Shown here: one piece after another, positions 39,583 to 51,482 of the stretch | Layout: each line of letters begins with the position of its first letter | How positions within the stretch are numbered: the first letter of the stretch is position 1 | Assembly (NCBI GenBank): GCA_964016885.1 | Contig: OZ024765.1 | Location: forward strand, 21,762,001 to 21,826,000 | Source: Eledone cirrhosa | Taxonomy: Eukaryota | Reading direction: 5' to 3' | Length of the DNA stretch: 64,000 nt | Program-made: the position numbers and the translations under genes | Notes under the pieces: model-generated | What the model was told of the DNA's origin: nothing | Database searches by the model: none | Seen by the model: only the letters and a program-made list of their open reading frames with translations

Positions 39583-40203
39583 AGTGGTGGATAGCTTCCG
39601 GTACCTAGGAGATCAGATTAGCATGGGAGGAGGGTGTTCCGAGGCCATAGTATCTAGAATAAGGACGGGTTGGAAGAAGTTTAGGGAGCTGCTTCCTCTG
39701 TTGACGAAGAAGGGTTTCTCCCTGCGTACGAAAGGCCGGTTGTATGATGCCTGTGTGTGGAGCGCGATGCTGCATGGTAGTGAGACAAGGGCAGCAACTG
39801 CAGAGGATATGCGACGGCTGGAGAGAAATGAGGCAAGCATGCTCCGTTGGATGTGCAGTGTAAATGTGAGTGAACGACCCAGCATAAATGTGTTGAGAGA
39901 GAAACTGTGTCTGAGAGGGATAGAATGTAGTGTACGGGAGAGGAGACTGAGGTGGTATGGACATGTGATGCGCATGGAGGATGACTGATGGGTGAAGAAG
40001 TGCCAGGAATTGCCAGTTGAAGGAAGACGTGGTAGAGGTAGACCACGAAAAACATGGGCAGAGGTGGTGAGAACAGACCTCAGATCATTGAAGCTCACGG
40101 TGGAGATGACGAAGGACCGTGACGAGTGGAGAGATGCTGTGCTGAATAGGACCCGTCCCACCCTTGTAAGCAGGGAAGAGCGGACGTAAAATGATGATGA
40201 TGA
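39583..40203 (+). mobile_element. RTE-clade LINE 3' fragment
   Basis: VDSFRYLGD...RRLRWYGHVMRM..., one stop, (gat)n tail. Confidence 0.9.
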
Positions 40204-40258
40204 TATAAAACGTGTACTAATATAATGTTGCAACCTTTGTGATGTGTTTGTATTTCAG

Positions 40259-40357
40259 TGGTTGGTGAAACGAGCTCTGGAGACAAGAGAAGAGATGGGA
40301 GACACTATCAGGTCATATTCTATTTACCAGTTCAACAGACACAATAAGATGCCCCAG
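40259..40357 (+). CDS. CCDC93: CCDC93 exon 5 ([33 protein letters not shown])
   Basis: Conserved WLVKRA.ET.EEMGD.IRSYS, phase 0-0. Confidence 0.96.
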
Positions 40358-40662
40358 GTACATATATTACTATGGCTACATTCTGGTCTTATATATATAT
40401 ACACACAGTTATATCCTCAGATTTACACTTACGTAACAGATACCAATGAAATATGTATAACAGTGATTACATAATAAACAACTTTGTAATTTATTAGAAT
40501 ATTAATGCTCCATTGTACCTTACCTAGCTTAACCTACACTCTACCCCAATACTGAAGACTACCTCCACCTTATCTACCCCAACACTACCCTACCCTCCAT
40601 CATAAATATATCACCACATGGTGTTAACTACACGGTGTTTTGTGTTTTCTTCTGTCTGACAG

Positions 40663-40719
40663 GATGAAGAGTTTGACTCCATCAGAGACAAGGCTGTGGA
40701 TTGTCTGAACTATGTCAAG
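40663..40719 (+). CDS. CCDC93: CCDC93 exon 6 (DEEFDSIRDKAVDCLNYVK)
   Basis: Strong acceptor and donor, 57 nt, aligns to remembered human DDDFIKRKEKAI. Confidence 0.9.
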
Positions 40720-41677
40720 GTAAGATGGAGAGAGAAGAGAGAGAGAGGTTGAGAGAGATTAAGAGAGAGAGAGAGAGAGAGAGATATGGAGAAATATATA
40801 TATATAGAGAGAGATAGAGAGACAAGGCTGTGTGAGCTATGTCAAGGTAAGGTGCTGAGAGAGGGGGGGGGGGGGGGTGAGATCTATAGAGTGAGGGATA
40901 TATATATAATTAGAAAGTGGACAACACAATGTAGTTTTATATTATGTTGTCCACTTTCTAATTAAATAGCTCTGTTCTATATATAGAGCACACTTTTTTC
41001 CTTTGTTTTTTCTTCGGCAATACTTAACATATATATATATATATATATAAGTTATAAGAATCAAAGTTCTGATCAAATCATTTATATGCTTACAATTGTT
41101 TCCTCCAAACCGAGGTTTGGATTCTTCGGAGCAATTTATTAATGGATTGTATTTGCATAACCATAAATAGTATCCTTATTACTATATATATATATATGTA
41201 TATATGGAGAAAGTATGACCCCAACGGCAGAGCTCAAGCCGTTTCGACGGCTATTTCTGGACTAAAGTAAGAGTTTTTTTAGTCTGGTAAATAAATAGCC
41301 AAACTTTTCAAGGGTACTTCCTTATGTGGAAAGATTGTAGTTGTCAAGGGGATTGGTCAAAATTTGTAGCGGACACAGAAAAGTCTATCATGGCAGTGGA
41401 TGCGGGGTGGGGATGGCTGAACTTGCCTGTAGAACGATAGGGGAGTGGGTACCCACTGGTCAAGCATAGAAGGTGAAATCTAAACGGCAAATTCTAAGGA
41501 ATGTGTATGAAGTAGGCGAGAGGAGGGTGGGGAAAAATGGTAGGGGGGACGTTGTAGAAATGAGATTAGGCTCTGCTGTCGGGGTCATACTTTCTCCTAT
41601 TACCCACTCTACTACCGTAAGTATTGAGTACTCTGGTGAGTTATGGTCCTTCTGGTTCCTTACCACACTTCCTTTGT

Positions 41678-41708
<31 letters not shown>

Positions 41709-41799
41709 GGCAGGGAGAGTGTGAGAGAGATACAGAGGTGGAGAAAGAAAGACTCAAAAGGGGAGGCAGAGAGAGGAAGAGATACAGAAACTGAGAGAG

Positions 41800-42175
41800 A
41801 GGGGGTAGCAGTATATATGAGGCAGGGAGAGGGGGAGAGAGAGGGGGGGTAGCAGTATATATGAGGTAGGGAGAGAGAGTGAGAGAGAGGGAGTAGCAGT
41901 ATATATGAGGCAGGGAGAGGGGGAGAGAGTGAGAGAGGGGGGGGGGGTAGCAGTATATATGAGGTAGGTAGAGGGGGAGAGAGTGAGAGAGAAGGGGTAG
42001 CAGTATATATGAGGCAGAGAGAGGGGAAGAGAGAGTGAGAGAGAGGAGGTAGCAGTATATATGAGGCAGCGAAAGGGAGTGAGAGAGGGGGGGTAGCAGT
42101 ATATATGAGGTAGGGAGAGGGAGAGATAGTGAGAGAAAGAGGGGGGGTAGCAGTATATATGAGGCAGGGAGAGGG
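41800..42175. repeat. GA-rich minisatellite (gtagcagtatatatgagg anchor, ~8 copies)
   Basis: Direct reading. Confidence 0.85.
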
Positions 42176-42326
42176 AGAGAGAGATAGAAAGAGATAGGGA
42201 TACAGTGAGTGAGTGAGTTAAGATGAAGCTATGTTTCACTTAACATTTCATCCTGGTACCAGCTTTATACTGGGGTCTAACTTCAACTATACTCAACCCC
42301 TTTTCCCCACTTTCATGTCTCCTCAG

Positions 42327-42424
42327 CACAACTACCGACCCCAGAGGCGTTATAGACGTCGAGATGCTGATAAACTGAATGATGAAGAGACGAGAGTTAT
42401 ATCAACACTTCTTGAGTTTGGATG
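42327..42424 (+). CDS. CCDC93: CCDC93 exon 7 (HNYRPQRRYRRRDADKLNDEETRVISTLLEFG)
   Basis: Aligns to Y.P.R.Y.R...L.DEE.R...TLLE.G, phase 0-2. Confidence 0.95.
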
Positions 42425-42469
42425 GTAGGATGGTTTTTATCTTGTTGTTGGTGTTGTTGTTGTGATGGG

Positions 42470-43098
42470 CCCTTGTTGCTACACATTTTATCTCCAGCCT
42501 GTATTGGTTGGCCACTGGTGTAAGAGGGAGTTTGTTGCTGCTGCCCTTAGGTTTCCCTCGTGCCTTGCTGTGGGCTCATCCGGGATCCTGGATAACAAGG
42601 TGTCGAGATGTTTCTTGAAGATATCCACTTCCACACCATGAAGATCTCTCAGATCCCTCGGCAGCTTGTTGAAGAGTTGAGGGCCCTTGAATCCCAGGTT
42701 ATTGCAATATCTGCTCCTTGTTCTAGATGTGAAAGACAGGACCTTTGGCACCACACAGTGACGTCCTGTTCGATAGTTGGTCCAGCTCCCAATGCCAAAG
42801 TTTGGTGCTAGTCCCTCCAGGATTTTCCACATGTAAATCACTGCGTATCTCTCTTCGTTCCAAGGAGTAGAGGTTCAGTTCCTTCAGCCTCTCCCAGTAG
42901 CTTGTCTCCTTCATTGTGGCAATCCTCTTGGTGTAGCTTCGCTGGATTGCCTCAAGCTCCATGGTTAATTTGACACTATGGGGTGACCACAACTGGGAGC
43001 AATAGTCCAGGCGGCTTAGGACAAATGTCCTCCATAGTGTCAACATGGTGTCTCAAGATCCAGCCAGCAAGTCGTCTGCACCTTGTCGCCACTTTCAT
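42470..43098 (-). mobile_element. CR1-group LINE 3' fragment, frameshifted
   Basis: LSRLDYCSQLWSP, LEAIQRSYTK, LYSLERR, GPQLFNKLP. Confidence 0.85.
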
Positions 43099-43705
43099 GT
43101 GCTCGCCAGATTTGTAGGTTATTAGGTGGTTGGCAGGTTTCTGGAAGTTAGTGTTGCAAATAGTCAGTGTACTTGCATCACAAAATTCAAGAAGTCTCAC
43201 TCCTTCTTCATTTCTTGAGCCGTAACCGTGCCCACCATGTACCCCAGTGTATCCATCCTGGAGCTGTCCAACATGTCCATTGCAGTCCCCTGCTAGCATA
43301 ATGATGTCTCCGTCCTCTGTCATTGCGGTTGTTTGTAAAAGTTGCTCGTAAAAGCAGTCTTTCTCTTCTTTACCTAGGCCTGCTTGGGGAGCATAGGCCG
43401 AGATGATTGTCAGTAGTCTCCTGCCTACAACTAATCTAAGCTTAATTATTCGATTACTAACTCGAACTACCTCTATTGTCTTATTGATCCATTTCTCCCC
43501 CTAACCCATCATCCTTACCTACCCAGAATAGCTTATAGCTAAGACGTTTGCCTACGACTAGTCTCGCAGAGGGACCTCTCCATCTCACCTCTTGCATGCA
43601 GCACACATCCACATGCCTTCTCTCCAGCATCTCCGCTATTTCAGCAGATCTACCTCTGAAAGTGCCAACATTAAGTGTTGCAACTCTGAAATGCGACGTC
43701 TTCAT
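43099..43705 (-). mobile_element. RTE LINE apurinic-endonuclease fragment
   Basis: VATLNVGT, CCMQEVRW, ISAYAPQ, GDCNGHVG, NTNFQK. Confidence 0.9.
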
Positions 43706-43927
43706 ATTTTGTTGTTGTTCCTATTTGTTGCTGTGCTGATAAGCGTTTTGGCATTGATACACTGGTTGGATGCCCTTCCTAACACCAGTGCCACTTTACA
43801 GCATGGACTGGGTGCTTTTATTTGTGCCACCAGCACTAGAGAGGATGTCTTACTGGACTCTTGGGCCTTCTCTACCTCTCCATTTTACAGCATGGTCATA
43901 ACCAAAAAAGAATATATATGTATATAT

Positions 43928-44266
43928 ATAATATAAGATCAAAAGATGGTTAAAAGAGTTCCAAGTATTTTATTTTGCGCATTTCAAAAACAAATATCAT
44001 CATGGGATGATATCTGCGTTTTCAACAGATAAAATAGGGATACATGATATGAAGCTTAAAAAACACTTGTGAGCAGTGAAGTCTTAAATCAACATATATA
44101 TGTTGATTTAAAACTTCACTATTCACAAGTGTTTTTTAAGCTTCATATCATGTATTCCTATTTTATCTGTTGAAAACGCAGATATCATCCCATGATGATA
44201 TTTGTTTTTGAAATGCGCAAAATAAAATACTTGGAACTCTTTTAACCATCTTTTGATCTTATATTA
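43928..44266. repeat. ~340-bp palindrome (centre ~44098) of the hammerhead-bearing family
   Basis: Arms are reverse complements; ribozyme core mutated in both (CTGTTGA, AAA triplet). Confidence 0.9.
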
Positions 44267-44353
44267 TGTATACTCCAGTCCTATAAACTGTACAGTGCTA
44301 CTTATCCGATATTTGCATTGCTTTATTGTGCTACAATAAAACTCACCTCCTAC

Positions 44354-45295
<942 letters not shown>

Positions 45296-45299
45296 TCCA

Positions 45300-45630
45300 A
45301 TGGTATCCAATGATGTTGACTTGTTCTTCTTTTTGGTAAATATCATCTTGGTTAAGAGAGTGGGACTGGCTTTGTGCAGTGCCTTTGCTCACTATAAAAC
45401 TTCACAGCACAGGCATTGCTTTATATCTGGAGATCTCTCTGCACTTGTCATCACATGGTACCATGGGCCCAGCACTATGTGTCAATAATTGTCACAGGTG
45501 TAGTGTTTGTACCAGAGTTTTCAAGTCGCTGGCTGGACTAAGAAGTCACACTCGTTCAGCGCATCAGTAGGGGTTCTCCTACATGGATATAAAGTAGTGG
45601 CCGTACTCGAAAACGAGTTGGCAGCCACCA
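45300..45630 (+). mobile_element. LINE 3' end with C2H2 finger remnant
   Basis: [24 protein letters not shown]. Confidence 0.55.
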
Positions 45631-45650
45631 TATATGTATGTATGTATATA

Positions 45651-45734
<84 letters not shown>

Positions 45735-46026
45735 TATATATAATCATCATTTCATCATTTCATTTTACGTCCGCTTTTCCCTGCTAGCAAGGGTGGGACG
45801 GGAACTGATTCTGGCTTGATTTCTACAGCTGGATGCCCTTCCTAACACCAACCTCATTTACAGTGAGTGCTATAATATAATATATATATATAATATAATA
45901 TTGTTATACTTTGGGAGGGTCATGTTGCCAATAAGAAACATGACCCTCCCAAAGTATAACAATATCGGTTTCAACACACGATTTCAGATAAAGAATCTTG
46001 CTAAACAAATTCAGAAACGAAATATA

Positions 46027-46074
<48 letters not shown>

Positions 46075-46168
46075 TATATATTTTCGTATTTTTTATATTT
46101 TCGATGAGAAAAATGCAATTATTTAGAATGTTTTTTAAGCTACAATTTCTGAATTTGTTGTTTTGTAG

Positions 46169-46199
46169 GAATCAGGGACTCCTTAGTCGATGGAATGAG
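46169..46199 (+). CDS. CCDC93: CCDC93 exon 8, 31-nt microexon (W-NQGLLSRWNE)
   Basis: ttttgtAG / GAG|gtatg; restores phase 2 to 0 between exons 7 and 9. Confidence 0.75.
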
Positions 46200-46481
46200 G
46201 TATGTAATGACAACACTGTTGTAGTGTATATATATTTATTGTTGAATATACATCTCTTACACTGTAGTGTGTATATATATGTGTACATGTATTTATATAT
46301 ATATATATATACAAACTTACATTGTAGACTATACATATGTCTGTTGCACTGTAATGCATATATATATATATTATTATATATACCTATCTATATATCTCTA
46401 TATATATGTCTATATATCTATGCACCTATCCAGCTACGTACCTATCTCGTTCTCTCTCTCGCTCACTATATATATATATGT

Positions 46482-47945
46482 CTACCTATCTATCTATCAA
46501 ATACCACTTTGGAAGAAGAGTCAGGATGGAGAGAGAGGTGCTGTACCCCAGTATATGTCTATCTATCTATCTATCAAATACCACTTTGGAAGAAGAGTCA
46601 GGATGGAGAGAGAGGTGCTGTACCCCAGTATATGTCTATCTATCTATCAAATACCATTTTGGAAGAAGAGTCAGGATGGAGAGAGAGGTGCTGTACCCCA
46701 GTATATGTCTATCTATCTATCTATCAAATACCACTTTGGAAGAAGAGTCAGGATGGAGAGAGAGGTGCTGTACCCCAGTATAGTCTATCTATCTATCTAG
46801 CAAATACCATTTTGGAAGAAGAGTCAGGATGGAGAGAGAGGTGCTGTACCCCAGTATATGTCTACCTATCTATCTATCAAATACCACTTTGGAAGAAGAG
46901 TCAGGATAGAGAGAGAGGTGCTGTACCCCAGTATAGTCTACCTACCTATCTATCTATCAAATACCACTTTGGAAGAAGAGTCAGGATGGAGAGAGAGGTG
47001 CTGTACCCCAGTATATGTCTACCTATCTATCTATCAAATACCACTTTGGAAGAAGAGTCAGGATAGAGAGAGAGGTGCTGTACCCCAGTATATGTCTATC
47101 TATCTATCTATCAAATACCACTTTGGAAGAAGAGTCAGGATAGAGAGAGAGGTGCTGTACCCCAGTATATGTCTACCTATCTATCTATCAAATACCACTT
47201 TGGAAGAAGAATCAGGATGGAGAGAGAGGTGCTGTACCCCAGTATATGTCTACCTATCTATCTATCTATCAAATACCACTTTGGAAGAAGAGTCAGGATG
47301 GAGAGAGAGGTGCTGTACCCCAGTATATGTCTACCTATCTATCTATCAAATACCACTTTGGAAGAAGAGTCAGGATGGAGAGAGAGGTGCTGTACCCCAG
47401 TATATGTCTACCTATCTATCTATCAAATACCACTTTGGAAGAAGAGTCAGGATGGAGAGAGAGGTGCTGTACCCCAGTATATGTCTACCTATCTATCTAT
47501 CAAATACCACTTTGGAAGAAGAGTCAGGATGGAGAGAGAGGTGCTGTACCCCAGTATATGTCTACCTATCTATCTATCAAATACCACTTTGGAAGAAGAG
47601 TCAGGATGGAGAGAGAGGTGCTGTACCCCAGCAAGTTTTATGAAAGGTGGGTGGAAGTGGCGAGAATGGCCCGAGTGAATGGGCCTTCTCTCTATATCAG
47701 CCTGTAGGTTGAGGAAAAAGAGGAGGAGAGGAAGGGGGTACAAACTCTTTGTACTCCTGGAGATGAGGGTTGCACATTTTTTCGGGGGTATGTGTTACCC
47801 ATATGTAATGTCTCCCCCTATTGAGGAAAATGGATTAATTTTTAAATTGCATTTGTGATAGTATTTTACACGTTTTTATTGTATGTAAACTTCCCCCTTT
47901 GTATTTGTCCCCTTCTTTTGTGCCCCTGTGGCTAATAAAGAAACA
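46482..47945 (+). mobile_element. Tx1/L1-like LINE 3' fragment with ~73-bp junction-spanning array (~15 copies)
   Basis: KYHFGRRVRMEREVLYPSKFYERWVEVARMARVNG, same family as 57533-58001; AATAAA near 47934. Confidence 0.7.
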
Positions 47946-47998
47946 TATCTATCTACCTATCCATCTACCTGTCTATCTATGTATCTATCTATCTCCAG

Positions 47999-48091
47999 AA
48001 CACTGAGAAGGTCCAGTCACCAGAACTAGAAGATCGGAAGACTATAAACGGCTCCACTGACATTGATGAAGATCAACAAAAGCAAGATGAG
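47999..48091 (+). CDS. CCDC93: CCDC93 exon 9 (NTEKVQSPELEDRKTINGSTDIDEDQQKQDE)
   Basis: Open, phase 0-0, acidic linker preceding the conserved exon 10. Confidence 0.8.
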
Positions 48092-48581
48092 GTGTGTACA
48101 TCGTATATATATATAAACTCCGACCTCACACACTTACACCTCTCCAAGACAATGTCACTGGACCGAGACCTTTGGCGGTACTCAGTAATAGAGAAGATCC
48201 GCCTTACCTAAATACATAGTAAAACCTACTACAGCCAGTAGGCATCTCTAACAAAATACACCCCCATCCACACCGCCCCTTCAATGTAAAGCTATGTTGG
48301 TGCCACAACATCCAGGCCGAAACAAATGAGGTCGTGTAGGTGTCACGACAAAAAAACACACAGTCCACGCTGTAATGTGGCCGTGTAGGCAACACGGTAA
48401 AAACCTCCCAGACCCACACTGTAAATGTGGTTGGTGTTAGGAAGGGCATCCAGCTGTAGAAAACCCGCCAGACAGTCCTATGCGAGCAAGACAATCACTC
48501 TTGCCTCAAGTGGGAATACCCCCGTCCAAACCCATGCAAGCGTGGAACACGGACGTTAAGCGTTGAAGATGATGATGATGA

Positions 48582-48626
<45 letters not shown>

Positions 48627-49238
48627 TATTGAAGTTTGCTTGAAGCATTGTGGAACAATAAGTAAATATCTTTAAGTCGTTTGGAAGCCTCGACAATGCA
48701 AATGGGTAAATCTCCGGGTAACAAGGTCCGGTGGTGGAGAGAGAGATGTAAGTGGGTGTACGTTGAGATGCGTGGTGTGTATAAGATGTGTGAGATGTGT
48801 AGAATGAAGGGAAGAGTATAAAGGATAAAAATAAAAATAACAACACAAGAGAGAGTTACTTTGGGAGAGATTTAATAGTCCCTATATATTTCGGATTCAC
48901 ATCCATCAACTGGGGTTTTTTTCCGGGGTGGGGGAAAAGGTTGTCTGTCGGACAAATCCGGAACACGTCTTTCGCTGTTTGTTGTTTTGAATATCTATAT
49001 ATATATATTGTACTTGTTGGTTTTCACTTCAATTTATTATAAATTTCCGTTTGGTTGGTTGGTTTAATAACCGGATGGCTGTTTATATATTGTCAAAGCT
49101 CTTTCGTCACACATTCTGTGACCTCCTTAGTGACTAGGTTTTTATTTTGTCTCTCTCCTTTGTTCTGTCCTACACCATCTTGGTTTTTGTGTGTTGGATT
49201 CCCTAAGTGAAATATCTCTCATTTTTCTTTATTTCTAG

Positions 49239-49289
49239 GAAAAGATCAACCTTCTAATGCAGAGTATGTCCGCCATGACACCCAGTGAC
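49239..49289 (+). CDS. CCDC93: CCDC93 exon 10 (EKINLLMQSMSAMTPSD)
   Basis: 51 nt, aligns to remembered human QRIQSLMTKMTAMANEE; strong tract and gtgagt donor. Confidence 0.9.
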
Positions 49290-49909
49290 GTGAGTTCTGT
49301 TATAATTATTTCATTTTTAACATTGTTAAAATTTGTTTACACACAAAACCCACACGCCAACACATATACACACTTCTATGTTTTCGTCCTAAGCTGTCAT
49401 AATGTTTTTCTTGATGTAAACCCTTTGTGGTCAATAAAGAAACCATTATTATTATTACTATTATTACTAGGGCAGTGGGTTGGCAGAATCGGTAGAGCGT
49501 CGGACGCCATGCTTTGCAGTATAGTTACGGCCCTTTGCGTTCTGAGTTCAAATCCGCCGAGGTTAACTTTGCCTTTCATCCTTATGAGGTCGATAAAATG
49601 AAGTACCAGTAATACACTGGGGTAATTGCTGGCATTGTGCCAAAAGTAGAAACATTATTATTAATAGGGTGGTGGGTTGGCAGAATCAGTAGAGCGTTGG
49701 ACAATGTTTTTTTATGGCATAGTTACGGTTCTTTACGTTCTGAGTTTAAATCCCACCGAGGTTAGCTTTGCCTTTCATCTATACGGGGTCAATAAAATAA
49801 AGTACCTGTAATGCACTGGGGTCAATTTAATTGTCTTTTCCTTTCCCCTAAAATTGTTGGTCTTGTGCCTAAATAAAAAAAACATTATTTTTTTTATTTG
49901 CCTTTCATC

Positions 49910-50470
49910 CAGCCGAAATGGGGTTACTCTGAAGGGCCTTTGGAGTATTGTTACTCGATAGAGAGTATAGTTCGGAGGTCAGAGAGTCACTCCAGGTAGA
50001 GCTGCTACTTCTCTGAATTGAGAGATCACAGCTGTGATACTATGGACATGTGGTTAGAATGTCTCAGGAAAGAATCACTGGACAGATTTGTAGCTGGGAG
50101 ATCAGAGAGTCACTCCAGGTAGAGCTGCTACTTCTCTGAATTGAGAGATCACAGCTCTGATACTATGGACTTGTGGTTAGAATGTCTCAGGAAAGAATCA
50201 CTGGATAGATTTGTAGCTGGGAGATCAGAGAGTCACTCCAGGTAGAGCTGCTACTTCTCTGAATTGAGAGATCACAGCTGTGATACTACAGACGTGTGGT
50301 TAGAATGTCTCAGGAAAGAATCACTGGACATATTTTACAGGCAAAACCAACTGACAGGAGATCCAGTGTAAGATAACATCCATGAGCTTGGCTGACCTGA
50401 TAGGACTTGCTGGAAGGAGTGTTTGAGAACTACCCCAACGACTCTCTCAGAAATAAGTGGGCGAAGAAGA
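49910..50470 (+). mobile_element. RTE-like fragment with 3 copies of the 123-bp unit
   Basis: Reverse complement of 17150-18010. Confidence 0.85.
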
Positions 50471-50784
50471 AGTCTTTCCTTCTTATGGTGGTCGATAAAA
50501 CAAAGTACCAGTAATGCATTGTGGGTTGATTTAATCGACTTTCCCTTCCCCCAAAATTGTTGGCCTTGTGCCTAAATCAGAAATTATCATTATTATTATT
50601 TGCCCCAGGGGTTCAACTCCTCAGTGGTCATTTGCAAATTCTTTTTCCCTCTTTTAAGGATCTTCACCCTATTTTATAAGCTATCTTTATAGCATTTCTA
50701 CTCTTGACCACTTTCTTCATACTTACATATAACCCATGCTAGCGTGGAAGATGGACGTTAACCGAAGATGATATATATATATAT

Positions 50785-51128
50785 GGAGGCACATGGCTTA
50801 GTGGCTAGAGCATTGGCCTTGCAATCGAAAGGTTGTGAGTTCAATTCTCAGACCGGGTGATGTGTTGTTTCCTTGAGCAAGACACTTTATTTCACATTGC
50901 TCCAGTTTACTCAGCTGTAGAAATGAGATGATAGGGACTGGGGTCCCTATCATTCCACTGTAAAGGGGTCGTGGAGGTGCCACGGCAAAAAAGCACCCAG
51001 CACTCACTGTAAATGCGGTTGGTGTTAGGAAGGGCATCCAGCTGTAGAAATCAAGCCAGAATCAGTTCCCGTCCCACCCTTGCAAGCAGGGAAAAGTGGA
51101 CGTAAAATGAAATGATGATGATGATGAT
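50785..51128 (+). mobile_element. SINE family A
   Basis: A/B boxes, LINE-shared tail. Confidence 0.85.
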
Positions 51129-51482
51129 ATATATGTAAATATGAGAATAAACGTGCTGTGTGGTTGCTAATGGGTTACATATGAATAAAGTTAGTCCTTC
51201 ATCAGTGATCTTCCAACCATCATTGGTATTTCATCGCTTTAAAGACCATATACCTCCGGTTGGTGCGAGCAATGGCTAAAAAAAGTCGTTGGGACACGTA
51301 AATAAAGGGGACACGAGTGTAAACAAACAAAATGGTGAAGCAACGAAAAGTGAGGAAGAAGGAGTCAAGCCCCAAATTTCTATGAATTTAAATTCAGTGA
51401 AATCGTGAACGAGAGAGAATAAAGACCATCAAACCTGGTTGGAATGTGAGCAAGGAAGGAATTCCGTACATATATATATATA

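Noticed and set aside
51194-51215. CTGATGA on - strand as another hammerhead (similar partial hits near 9345-9367, 48885-48910 and 55025-55055)
   Set aside because: No properly placed GAAA/stems, or core too degenerate to support
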